Shown: positions 18,377 through 27,666 of the stretch, one piece after another
How positions within the stretch are numbered: the first letter of the stretch is position 1
How the letters are laid out: each line of letters opens with the position of its first letter
The notes under the pieces: generated by a model
What the model was told of the DNA's origin: nothing
The model's database searches: none
The model's input: the letters and a program-made list of their open reading frames with translations, nothing else
Origin: Candidatus Latescibacterota bacterium
Lineage (GTDB): Bacteria; Latescibacterota; UBA2968
Length of the DNA: 64,000 bases
Direction: 5' to 3'
NCBI GenBank assembly: GCA_965204375.1
Contig: OZ241986.1
Location: forward strand, 6,112,001-6,176,000
Made by a program: the position numbers and the translations under genes

Positions 18377-19873
18377 ATGGCACGCGAAGACAAAAAGGCC
18401 CGAAGTTGGAAATTTTGGAAGAGATGGATAGGCACGGCGCAGGAAAGGGACGAAGAATTACAGGAACATACCAGGAGCAATGTCAATTCTTCGACTGATT
18501 TAGCACCCAACACTTCAACTGACTCAGTGCCCAGCGTTTCGACTGGCTCAACGATCATTGAAGAAATTGATCGGTTGAAAGAGGAGTTGGACACATTGCG
18601 GCCATTGCCTTCTGATATCCTCGCAAGGGTAGAACAAAAGCTCCGAATTGAGTCAAACTACCACTCCAATGCCATAGAAGGCAATAGTCTGACGCTCGGA
18701 GAAACAAGAAGTTTGATTCTTCATGGGGTTACTGTTCATGGAAAGCCCCTGCGCGACTATCTGGATATTAAGGGGCATGATGAAGCGGTAAAGGCAATGG
18801 AGGATGCGGTTAAGAGAAACGAATTACTCAATGAGGTCTTTATTCGGAATCTCCATAAAGTGTTGCTGAAGGAGCCTTATGAAAATGATGCGATAACGCC
18901 AGATGGACAGCCGGTGAAACGGCGTATTGCTATCGGAGAATATAAGACACAGCCCAACAATGTGCGAACTTCTACGGGAGAGATTTATTATTTTACACCG
19001 CCAGAACAGGTGAAATCGGCGATGGGCGATCTCATAGATTGGTACAGAAGACAAGAAGATGAGGGCGAGCATCCGATTATTATAGCCGCTACATTTCACT
19101 ACCGATTTATCCGTATTCATCCTTTTGATGATGGTAATGGTCGCATGGCGAGGCTTTTGATGAATATGATTTTGATCAAGCACGGGTACACGGTGGCTGT
19201 AGTCCCGATTGAGGAGAGAGAGCAATATATCGGAATACTGGAGCAAGCTGATAAGACCGAAGATTTAGCCGAGTTTATCACCTACATTGCACATTGTTGC
19301 GAATATACCCTGAATCTACATCTAAAAGCCACTCGGGGAGAGGATATTGAAGATGTGGAGGATATAGATAAAGAGATCGCGATCTTCAAACGTTCTTTGG
19401 AAAAGGGCACGGGTGAGATAATGAATGCGAGAGAGTATGCGGACAAGGTGTTGTATCCGTTATTTTTTTATTGTGAAGAGAAGCTCGAACAGTTTTCAGA
19501 CGTGTTTGGAGATGTTCATACATTTAGTAGAAGTTCTTCTGTGAGAGAGACTAACAACCAAATTTCTAATTTTTCCTTAGAAAAAAAAAATAAGAGTGAC
19601 ACTTGGCCGGAAAACGCGGTTTCTATTTCTACCGGCTTCACATTTGAGTTATGGGATTTTCAAGGAAAAAAAAGTGACAATTTTGGTATAAAAATTAATA
19701 ATGAAATGGACTCGAATAGTTGTGTATGGGAATTTTATTCACCGCAGCTTGATTATAAGAAAGAATATACGGGGCAAGATCTGAAGGTGCTCAAAAAGAT
19801 GTTTAACGAAATGATGCGGGTTATGATGAAAAAGCTATCGGAGAAATCAAATGATCAAGAAGCCGAGAGATAA
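18377..19873 (+). CDS. Fic family protein (class II, autoinhibited) with C-terminal extension
   Basis: HPFDDGNGRMAR catalytic motif and SNAIEGN inhibitory motif. The ATG directly follows the mod stop codon. Confidence 0.92.
   Translation: MAREDKKARSWKFWKRWIGTAQERDEELQEHTRSNVNSSTDLAPNTSTDSVPSVSTGSTIIEEIDRLKEELDTLRPLPSDILARVEQKLRIESNYHSNAIEGNSLTLGETRSLILHGVTVHGKPLRDYLDIKGHDEAVKAMEDAVKRNELLNEVFIRNLHKVLLKEPYENDAITPDGQPVKRRIAIGEYKTQPNNVRTSTGEIYYFTPPEQVKSAMGDLIDWYRRQEDEGEHPIIIAATFHYRFIRIHPFDDGNGRMARLLMNMILIKHGYTVAVVPIEEREQYIGILEQADKTEDLAEFITYIAHCCEYTLNLHLKATRGEDIEDVEDIDKEIAIFKRSLEKGTGEIMNAREYADKVLYPLFFYCEEKLEQFSDVFGDVHTFSRSSSVRETNNQISNFSLEKKNKSDTWPENAVSISTGFTFELWDFQGKKSDNFGIKINNEMDSNSCVWEFYSPQLDYKKEYTGQDLKVLKKMFNEMMRVMMKKLSEKSNDQEAER
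18485..18553 (+). repeat. About three degenerate 24-bp tandem repeats in the Fic 5' region
   Basis: Encodes NSSTDLAP/NTSTDSVP/SVSTGST. Confidence 0.65.
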
Positions 19874-20028
19874 CGATACTAAAAGTGCATAATGTAAATG
19901 GGCTGGTGTTCAAGTAGCGAATATTTGTGGAGATAGATGCATGAGTGCGAGAATCAAGATCCTACTTCAAAGGGAACTTGGCTCCCCAACAAGGTCTGGA
20001 AGACTATTTATCAGGAGGGACCGATAAA

Positions 20029-20724
20029 ATGAGAATCGAACCTGAAATCGCTGGTGTCTCAGTTGTCTTGATTGGTAATTTCAATCCTTCGATTTTTACG
20101 CCTGCGTGGTTCGGATGGCATGGGCTTATTTCTGAAAAGATGGTCGATACTGCAAATACGAAAATTGTTCATCCTCAAATTTCAGACTTCAATGTGGATT
20201 GGCTCCATATACAAGTCGTTCCTGAACGTTTCCTAATCAACACGACTCAGGCTCCCTATGTTCGCGTACAGGATCTGGCTGTCCGTATCTTCCGAGAGCA
20301 CTTGTCCCATACACCTCTTAATACCATGGGGATCAACCGGGAAGTGCATTTTTTAGTGGAGAGCTTTGATGAGCGAGATCAACTCGGCAGATTGCTTGCG
20401 CCTACTGACCCTTGGGGAGAGTGGGGTAAGAAACTTGAACCTGACGGATCTCATGGTGGTGTAACTTCTATTACCATGAGACAGGTTGACCCAGAGGGCA
20501 GACCGCCGGGCGGACAAATAAACGTGACCGTGGAACCATCTAACCGGATCGGTCAAGGCCATCGCGGTGTTTACATTGGGGTCAATGACCACTATACTAT
20601 TGAGAACGTAGAGAGCCAGATGGCAACCAGTGAAATCGTTATGTTGCTGGAGGAGAATTTTGACGAATCTCTGCGGCGTGCGGATCAAATTATTGATCAT
20701 ATTATGTCATTAACAAGGAGATAA
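20029..20724 (+). CDS. Uncharacterised protein (gene 1 of three-gene cassette)
   Basis: GGAGG RBS before the ATG at 20029; begins SVVLIGNFNPSIFTPAWF. Stop is 2 nt before the next start. Confidence 0.8.
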   Translation: MRIEPEIAGVSVVLIGNFNPSIFTPAWFGWHGLISEKMVDTANTKIVHPQISDFNVDWLHIQVVPERFLINTTQAPYVRVQDLAVRIFREHLSHTPLNTMGINREVHFLVESFDERDQLGRLLAPTDPWGEWGKKLEPDGSHGGVTSITMRQVDPEGRPPGGQINVTVEPSNRIGQGHRGVYIGVNDHYTIENVESQMATSEIVMLLEENFDESLRRADQIIDHIMSLTRR

Positions 20725-20726
20725 AG

Positions 20727-21341
20727 ATGTCAGAGACTGCATTCGCTATCGCGGATAATAGCTTTCAGAATTCATCAGTCATCAACGAAAATTCGAGCAC
20801 ACCTAACAATCCTGACCAATTGTTGCTTCAGGACGGATATGCAGACTGGATCTCGGCTACACTACAACAGCGCCGAGATTCGTCAATGCGCGGTACTGAG
20901 ATTGTAGAGACTGCCTTGGAGCACCTCCCGACATCAACTGAAATTGATTCTGATATTGGCTCGGTCATTGACTTCCCTGACTTGGATCAAGGTTTACAAA
21001 CTTTGCCCCGGATAACTTTTCATGCGCTTCAAGAGTGGGAAGGGTATGTCATAGAAATAGGAGAGGATGACTTCACAGTGCGGCTTTTAGACCTGACCGC
21101 AGGGGCCTTGCATGAGGAGGAAGAGGCTGTCATTCCTCTCTCCGAGATCTCAGAAGACGATCTCAAGCGTTTGCGCCTCGGTAGCGTTTTTCGGTGGGTC
21201 ATCGGGTACGAACGTTCTGCAAGTGGAACTAAGCGACGTGTCTCACAGATCGTTTTTCGTGACCTTCCTGCCATGACAAAGCAGGATATATCCGAGGGGG
21301 AGGAATGGGCGAAGAAGGTCTCTCAGTTGTGGGAGGACTGA
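20727..21341 (+). CDS. Uncharacterised protein with disordered N-terminus and S1/OB-like C-terminal domain (gene 2)
   Basis: AGGAG RBS. WEGYVIEIGEDDFTVRL...EAVIPLSEISEDD..RLRLGSVF resembles the S1 domain pattern. Confidence 0.7.
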   Translation: MSETAFAIADNSFQNSSVINENSSTPNNPDQLLLQDGYADWISATLQQRRDSSMRGTEIVETALEHLPTSTEIDSDIGSVIDFPDLDQGLQTLPRITFHALQEWEGYVIEIGEDDFTVRLLDLTAGALHEEEEAVIPLSEISEDDLKRLRLGSVFRWVIGYERSASGTKRRVSQIVFRDLPAMTKQDISEGEEWAKKVSQLWED

Positions 21342-22426
21342 CTGCGATTAGAGTTCCACCTGAACATAATGTAATGGAAGTAACGGTTATAGGTCCCGGT
21401 TATGGAGAATGCATACTCCTTCATATCGGAAAAGGAAGCTGGATAATTGTCGATTCATGCCTTAATTCGAAGGCTCTTCCAGCAGCGTTGAAATACTTCC
21501 AGGACCTGGGATTAAATCCTGCTGAAGTGGTTCGACTTATCGTGGCGACCCACTGGCATGATGACCATATACGCGGCATGGGAGAGTTGGTCGAGGTCTG
21601 CGACAACGCGGCTTTCTGCTGTGCAAGTGCCCTTCGTGCGCGGGAATTTCTCACAGCGGTAGGGGCTCTGGCTAATCGCCCTATGTCCAGGGGAGGCTCT
21701 GGAATGCAGGAGCTTCACAAAGTCCTGTCATTACTTTTAGAGCGATCTTCTGAGCCTGTATTCGCCATAGCCAATCGTAGAATCTTTAATTGGGGTGGTT
21801 GCGAGGTGTGGGCACTTTCACCTTTTGATAAGGAATTTGACGCGTTCTTACGGGAAATCGGTCTTCTTCTGCCACAGGAACGTGAAACAAAAAGGCGTAC
21901 TCTTTCTACCTTGACCCCTAACAAAATTGCGGTTGTTCTATTAATCAAGATTGGCAATACGGCGGTTCTCCTTGGTTCCGATCTTGAGAGGCGTGGCTGG
22001 TTGGAGATACTTGATGCCTCCGAACGGCCGAGTTGCAAAGCCTCGTTTTTCAAAGTTCCGCATCATGGTTCTCAAAACGCACATGAGGATCGCGTGTGGA
22101 ATGAGATGTTGCACAGTGACCCGATCGCGGCACTTACCCCATGGCGAAGAGGTGGAAGGAGTTTACCGACGGAGAGTGACGTAAAACGTATTCTCTCGTT
22201 TACCCGAAAAGCTTACGCGACAGCACAACGCGACATTTCCAGTCACAAACCCGCTCGGAACAGGAATAGAACGGTAGTAAAGACTATTCGAGAAGTTAGC
22301 AAAAGAATCAATCGCATAGTCCAGCCTCCCGGAATGATCCGTCTGCGCAGGGAGTTTGGTTCACAAACCGATTGGAATATTGAAACATTTGGATCGGCAT
22401 GTCAATTGGCGGATTATTGGAGCTAA
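21329..22426 (+). CDS. Metallo-beta-lactamase fold hydrolase, ComEC/Rec2 nuclease-like (gene 3)
   Basis: GYGECILL, IVDSC, THWHDDH (HxHxDH), LLGSD and KVPHHGS motifs. Overlaps the upstream gene; start uncertain (21305, 21329 or 21374). Confidence 0.85.
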   Translation: MGGLTAIRVPPEHNVMEVTVIGPGYGECILLHIGKGSWIIVDSCLNSKALPAALKYFQDLGLNPAEVVRLIVATHWHDDHIRGMGELVEVCDNAAFCCASALRAREFLTAVGALANRPMSRGGSGMQELHKVLSLLLERSSEPVFAIANRRIFNWGGCEVWALSPFDKEFDAFLREIGLLLPQERETKRRTLSTLTPNKIAVVLLIKIGNTAVLLGSDLERRGWLEILDASERPSCKASFFKVPHHGSQNAHEDRVWNEMLHSDPIAALTPWRRGGRSLPTESDVKRILSFTRKAYATAQRDISSHKPARNRNRTVVKTIREVSKRINRIVQPPGMIRLRREFGSQTDWNIETFGSACQLADYWS

Positions 22427-22532
22427 AGAAAATTTTGAGGCTTTAAAAAAAATAATATATTTGCGAGGACAGAATGATTAGCCACCGCTTATTGGTCAAC
22501 TTGAAGCACTCGTTGGAGAAGGGTTGTAACTG

Positions 22533-25500
22533 ATGCAGCGAGCGCGAAATAGCAATCTGGAACATAGACTCATTCTGCTATCGTGGCTTAATGATCAGTT
22601 CGGGTATGAGCACAATCGTGACCTGCTCGCGGATATTAAAGACTCTGCCGAAGGATTTGATGCTGAAGGTTGCAGCTATATCTATCATCGTTTAATAGCA
22701 CGCGGTGACGCGGTGAAGATTTCGCCGGATAATCTGCGTCGGTACGACGAGAATATCTGCCAACATTTGCATGCCATGAATGCCCGCAGGTCTGAACCGA
22801 TCGTGCTGCGGTATTTCCAGTATCTGGCAGTGCTGTACACTGAAGTATTCCTTGATAGGTATTTCAACCACCGCGAAGAAACACTGCGCTCGTTGAACTA
22901 CTTTGTAGAGACACACGTTGCTGAATCACAAGATGCTAAATTCTCGGCGTCCGACCTGAAAAAGTTGGCTTTTTGGATGGCGACCGGCAGCGGCAAAACA
23001 CTCATCATGCATATCAACTACCGGCAATTCCTTCACTACAATAATCTGCCTCTGGACAATATACTGCTGATCACACCGAATGAGGGGTTGAGCGAGCAAC
23101 ATCTCGATGAAATGGCGGCTTCGAATGTCCCGTGCCAACGCTTTGAACTGAACGAGAGTGGCTTACTAACGACCACAAAAGATGTGGTGAGGGTCATTGA
23201 GATTACCAAGCTGGTGGAGCAAAAGCGTGGAGGTGGGGTGAGCGTGCCAGTGGAAGCATTTGAGGGCAATAATCTGATCTTCGTAGATGAGGGGCACAAA
23301 GGTTCGGGGGGCGAGGCGTGGCGGTATTTCCGCGACACACTGGGAGAGACTGGTTTTACGTTTGAATACAGTGCCACGTTTGGACAAGCTCTGGCCGCAA
23401 GCGGGAGAGATGCACTTACGGCAGAATACGGAAAGGCCATTGTATTTGACTATTCCTATCGCTATTTCCACGGCGACGGCTATGGCAAAGACTTTCGCGT
23501 GCTCAATCTGAAAGAAGAGACGACAGAGCAGCAGACCGAAATGCTTTTGATGGGCAATTTGTTGTCCTTCTACGAGCAGCAATGTGTATTCGAGGAGCAG
23601 GCAGAAGTATTGCGCCCATATAATTTGGAACAACCACTGTGGGTGTTTGTTGGCGGTACGGTGAACGCGGTGTACACCAAAAACAAGCAGAAACGCAGCG
23701 ATGTGCTGACGGTGGCGCGATTCCTTCACCATGTCTTGGAGAATAAGGGCGGCTGGGCGATTAGAGCAATTGAGAAGCTCATGCAAGGTGAGACAGGGCT
23801 GATTACAGCGGGTGGACGGGATGTGTTTGAGGCAAAGTTCACTTATCTTCGACAATATAATTTTTCGCCTGAGAAAGTGTATCGAGACATCCTTGTCAAA
23901 ATTTTTTACACATCAGCAAGCGGTGGTCTGCACCTGTGCGGCATTCGGAGTGCTGATGGAGAATTGGGTCTGAAGGCGAGCGGTGCTGAGAACTACTTCG
24001 GTCTGATCTACATCGGTGACACCAGTAACTTCAAAAAGCTCGTGGAGGAAGATGACTCGGGGATGATGCTGGAAGAGGATGCCATCGTCGGTTCCCTGTT
24101 TGATGACATCAACGAACCAGATACGAACATCAATGTCCTCATTGGCGCAAAAAAGTTCATGGAGGGCTGGAATTCCTGGCGAGTTTCGAACATGGGCCTG
24201 CTAAATATCGGTCGTAGTGAGGGATCGGAAATTATCCAGCTTTTCGGTCGCGGGGTGCGTCTGCGGGGTAAGAATTTCTCTCTTAAGAGAAGTGTTGTGT
24301 TATCTCCGTCCAATGGTCAGGCAAACGGCACACATCCGGGCCACATAGGTCTGCTGGAGACGCTTAATATTTTTGCTGTGCGTGCGAACTATATGTCTCA
24401 GTTTAGGCAGTACCTGGAAAAAGAGGGAGTAGAGACTGAAGAGATGGTAGAGTTGCCCCTATCCATCCGAATCAACAAGCGTTTCTTGGAAAAAGGGCTT
24501 GTTGTACCCCGTGTGCCGGATGAACGCGATTTCGCGGTAGAGGAGGATATTGTGTTGGATCCCGACCCCTCTGTGCAGGTTTATGTCGATATGTCTCTGA
24601 AGGTTCAGACACTGGAAAGCCGGGGTGCGGACATTGTGGCTACTGATGCGCAATCGGGAGATGCGGGACCTATCCCGGACAAAAGTCTCAAGCTCGTGGA
24701 TTGGGAGAAAGCCTACTTTGACTTGCTCGATTACAAAGAACGCAAAGGCTTTGGCAACTTAATTGTACAGTCGGATGTGCCGAAGAGGATTCTCACTTAC
24801 ACCGAGCCTAAAAGTCTGTACCGCCTCGTTGCGGACGAATCAGTAGTCAAGCCACAGTCTTTTGGGGACGCGGTTCGCCTGCAAGAAGCAGTGACCAATA
24901 TTCTGCGAAAATATATGGACGCCTTCTATCGGAGCAGACGGGAGCGTTGGGAATCGGGCTATCTGGTTTACAAGACGCTCCGCGAGAGTGATCCGAATCT
25001 CAGCTTCAACCATTCGGACGAAGTCAAGGATGACGATTACGCGGGAAGGTACCTGATCAATGTCCAACAGTCCGAGAGTGAGTTGATAAGCGAGATTCAA
25101 AAATTCATCAATGACTTCGATCAACTTTGCGAGGAAGAAACAGAGGAATTGCCTCGCATTTATTTTGACCGACACCTTTATCATCCATTGCTTAGAGCGC
25201 ATAGGGATGAGATAAGGACGTCTCCCCTGGGACTGAACGACAGTGAATCGCAGTTCATTCAGGACTTGAAGAATTTTTGGGCAAGCGAAAAGGACAAATT
25301 GCTGGCCGGGGTGGAAGTGTTTCTCTTGCGGAATCTGGAACGAGGAAGGGGCGTCGGCTTTTTTGAGGAAAGGGGCTTCTATCCTGACTTTATTTTATGG
25401 ATCATAGCCGAGCAGCAGCACATCGTTTTCGTAGAGCCGCATGGGATGCTTCACGCGAATGCGTACAGGCACGACGACAAAGCGAGGCTTCACGAAAGGC

Positions 25501-25715
25501 TACCTGAATTGGGAAGAGAAATAGGAATGAGAAGCAATAGACAAGACGTAACGCTGGATTCGTATATTATTTCCGCTACGCCATACGAGGATCTCTACCA
25601 GAGATACGACAATGGTTCATGGGGTGTAGCAGAATTTGCCGATGCGCATATTCTTTTTTTGGAACAAGACAATTATATGAAGCGGATATTTGAAGAACAG
25701 TTGACACAAGTCTGA
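22533..25715 (+). CDS. res: Type III R-M restriction (Res) subunit, SF2 helicase/ATPase plus nuclease
   Basis: MATGSGKT, VDEGH, YSATF, QLFGRGVR, and C-terminal FYPDFILW...FVEPHG. Confidence 0.9.
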   Translation: MQRARNSNLEHRLILLSWLNDQFGYEHNRDLLADIKDSAEGFDAEGCSYIYHRLIARGDAVKISPDNLRRYDENICQHLHAMNARRSEPIVLRYFQYLAVLYTEVFLDRYFNHREETLRSLNYFVETHVAESQDAKFSASDLKKLAFWMATGSGKTLIMHINYRQFLHYNNLPLDNILLITPNEGLSEQHLDEMAASNVPCQRFELNESGLLTTTKDVVRVIEITKLVEQKRGGGVSVPVEAFEGNNLIFVDEGHKGSGGEAWRYFRDTLGETGFTFEYSATFGQALAASGRDALTAEYGKAIVFDYSYRYFHGDGYGKDFRVLNLKEETTEQQTEMLLMGNLLSFYEQQCVFEEQAEVLRPYNLEQPLWVFVGGTVNAVYTKNKQKRSDVLTVARFLHHVLENKGGWAIRAIEKLMQGETGLITAGGRDVFEAKFTYLRQYNFSPEKVYRDILVKIFYTSASGGLHLCGIRSADGELGLKASGAENYFGLIYIGDTSNFKKLVEEDDSGMMLEEDAIVGSLFDDINEPDTNINVLIGAKKFMEGWNSWRVSNMGLLNIGRSEGSEIIQLFGRGVRLRGKNFSLKRSVVLSPSNGQANGTHPGHIGLLETLNIFAVRANYMSQFRQYLEKEGVETEEMVELPLSIRINKRFLEKGLVVPRVPDERDFAVEEDIVLDPDPSVQVYVDMSLKVQTLESRGADIVATDAQSGDAGPIPDKSLKLVDWEKAYFDLLDYKERKGFGNLIVQSDVPKRILTYTEPKSLYRLVADESVVKPQSFGDAVRLQEAVTNILRKYMDAFYRSRRERWESGYLVYKTLRESDPNLSFNHSDEVKDDDYAGRYLINVQQSESELISEIQKFINDFDQLCEEETEELPRIYFDRHLYHPLLRAHRDEIRTSPLGLNDSESQFIQDLKNFWASEKDKLLAGVEVFLLRNLERGRGVGFFEERGFYPDFILWIIAEQQHIVFVEPHGMLHANAYRHDDKARLHERLPELGREIGMRSNRQDVTLDSYIISATPYEDLYQRYDNGSWGVAEFADAHILFLEQDNYMKRIFEEQLTQV

Positions 25716-25809
25716 GTGAGTAGAGCGGCACGATTGGAAATGGAAACCACTTGACCGAATTTCAGGCGTGTATTATATACGCCGATGCAAGTTTGGAAAG
25801 GAGGTCGAT

Positions 25810-26127
25810 ATGAGTGTACCCGAGCTACTCGAAAAAGCCCAATTTGTCGTGGACGCTGGCGGCGAGAAAAAATCGGTGCTGCTTGACTATGCGACTTGGG
25901 AGGCGTTGTTGACCTTATTGGAAGACCTGGAAGACATAGAGGAGATTCGCCATCTCCGCGATTCAGGTGAAGAAGTAATTCCAGGGGAACAGGCTAGAGC
26001 AGAACTGCGATTGAATGACAAATCATCACGCCCTTTTGGATTGTGCGCTGGAGAGTTCACAGTGCCCGATGATTTCGACAATCCATTGCCGGAGTATGTG
26101 ATTGAAGAATTTGAGGGTAAAAGATAA
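25810..26127 (+). CDS. Antitoxin-like protein, apparently chimeric
   Basis: N-terminal part QFVVDAGGEKKSVLLD..WEALL..LEDLED; C-terminal part RPFGLCAGEFTVPDDFDNPLP, typical of antitoxins paired with VapC. Confidence 0.65.
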   Translation: MSVPELLEKAQFVVDAGGEKKSVLLDYATWEALLTLLEDLEDIEEIRHLRDSGEEVIPGEQARAELRLNDKSSRPFGLCAGEFTVPDDFDNPLPEYVIEEFEGKR

Positions 26128-26265
26128 ATGAGGCTTCTGCTAGATACTCACATCTTCCTCTGGCTCATAACCGGCGACCAACGTCTGCCAGAAGCCATGC
26201 AGAGGGATATTCTCAACACACTCATACGAGTTTGGAAATTACCACTACAAAGGAGAAAAAAATGA
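26128..26265 (+). pseudogene. Truncated VapC/PIN toxin
   Basis: Hand translation gives MRLLLDTHIFLWLITGDQRLP; the frame stops after 45 aa, far shorter than a PIN domain. Confidence 0.8.
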
Positions 26266-26909
26266 AAGTGCTGATTTTGTCGGGACCGAACCATCGGTTT
26301 GATGCAAGTGCCGAGGTTATCAATGGGTTTTTGGGCGCTCAGGACGATTTGTCTGTGGCGCTTGAAGACGATAAGGATGTGCTGACTTCAGATGCTTTGA
26401 ACGATTTTGATGTGCTGGTACACGGTACGGGATTTACGCGCACAGAGCGGGATGCGGATGGAACGGTGAATCGCTTGCCGGATTTGACGCCTGAGCAAGA
26501 AGCGGGATTATTTGATTTTGTGGTGGGCGGCAAAGGTCTGGTGGGTATCCACGGTACGGCCTGGTGGATTGGCGGGAGGGCTGTGGATTTGATTGGCGGA
26601 CACGCAAACTGGCATCCGCCGGGATTGACGTTCACCGTGAATATTGCGGATGATGCACACCCCATTACACAGGGTGTGGATGATTTTGAAGTGGAAGACG
26701 AGATTTATATGTCGGCATGGGATCCCGCTGTTCACATTTTGGCAACCGCGGATTGGAGCGATAAGCAGCATCCCATGGCCTGGGTGAAGGGTTATGGCGA
26801 AGGACGCGTATTTTACACGACTCTGGGACACGGGCCAGGTACATTTGAGCGGGCGGGGATGCAGCAATTGGTGACGCAGGGCGTGAGGTGGGCTGGAGGG
26901 AACTCGTAA
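26262..26909 (+). CDS. ThuA domain protein
   Basis: GGKGLVGIH, HPITQGVDDFEVEDEIY and GRVFYTTLGH motifs; AAGGAG RBS. Confidence 0.88.
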   Translation: MKVLILSGPNHRFDASAEVINGFLGAQDDLSVALEDDKDVLTSDALNDFDVLVHGTGFTRTERDADGTVNRLPDLTPEQEAGLFDFVVGGKGLVGIHGTAWWIGGRAVDLIGGHANWHPPGLTFTVNIADDAHPITQGVDDFEVEDEIYMSAWDPAVHILATADWSDKQHPMAWVKGYGEGRVFYTTLGHGPGTFERAGMQQLVTQGVRWAGGNS

Positions 26910-27559
26910 TGCTTAGATTTGCCGAAGAACTTATGCTTCTCATACTCGACGATGAGAATGGGCGGTTTGCGCGTGTGCCAGACAGGTTGATGCGGTATGC
27001 GCTTGCCGGTGGTGTGTTGATGGATTTGGCGCTGGAAAATCGGATTGACACAGACCTCGAAAAACTGATCCTCGTCGATTCGACGCCAGTTGGGGATAGC
27101 TTGCTCGATCCGACGCTGGCGGATATTGCAGAGGCGGACGATACTAAGGATGCGCGCTTTTGGGTGGAGCGCACCGCGCTTCGCGCCGATACGATTCGAG
27201 AGGAGGCTCTCAATCGGCTTTTAGAACAGGGTATTCTCAGGCGCGAAGAGGACCGGTTCATGTGGGTATTCCAGTCGCGACGCTATCCCATTGTTGACAA
27301 TACAGCCGAGCGCGAGGTCAAGCTGAGGATTATGGAGGTGTTGTTTAGCGACCAGATCCCCGGTCCGCGCGATGTCGTGATTATCGGTCTGGCGCATGCA
27401 TGTGATATATTTAAGGAGATTCTGTCCGCACGCGAACTGGCGCGTGTTGCCGATCGGATTGATCAGGTGCGAAAGCTGGATTTGATCGGTCAGGCTATGT
27501 CGCAGGCGATTACAGATATCGAGCTATCACTCGCTCTCGCCGTGCAGATGATGCCGTGA
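26909..27559 (+). CDS. GOLPH3/VPS74 (GPP34) family protein
   Basis: LRFAEELMLLILDDENG, LAGGVLMDLALENRI, LLEQGIL and RRYP motifs; TAATG coupling to thuA. Confidence 0.8.
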   Translation: MLRFAEELMLLILDDENGRFARVPDRLMRYALAGGVLMDLALENRIDTDLEKLILVDSTPVGDSLLDPTLADIAEADDTKDARFWVERTALRADTIREEALNRLLEQGILRREEDRFMWVFQSRRYPIVDNTAEREVKLRIMEVLFSDQIPGPRDVVIIGLAHACDIFKEILSARELARVADRIDQVRKLDLIGQAMSQAITDIELSLALAVQMMP

Positions 27560-27594
27560 TAAGGGAGAAGTGGGAAGTGTGAAGGTTGAAGTAG
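27560..27594 (+). repeat. Heptamer tandem repeat (GAAGNNN) x4-5
   Basis: TAAGGGA GAAGTGG GAAGTGT GAAGGTT GAAGTAG. Confidence 0.7.
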
Positions 27595-27626
27595 TTTGCG
27601 GTTTCAAACCGCAAAAGGGTGCATAG

Positions 27627-27659
27627 AAAAGCCGCCTTGCTGAAGGGCGGCTTTTTTTT
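27627..27659. terminator. Intrinsic terminator
   Basis: AAAAGCCGCCTT-loop-AGGGCGGCTTTTTTTT. Confidence 0.88.
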
Positions 27660-27666
27660 GTGCAGT

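Noticed and set aside
19945-20028. Longer ORF-track starts (also 10809, 25768, 30523, 42039, 55981)
   Set aside because: Downstream starts have better RBS placement or fit the domain boundaries better.
15049-26261. R-M region as an integrative element or prophage
   Set aside because: No integrase, transposase, tRNA target or convincing flanking direct repeat was found.
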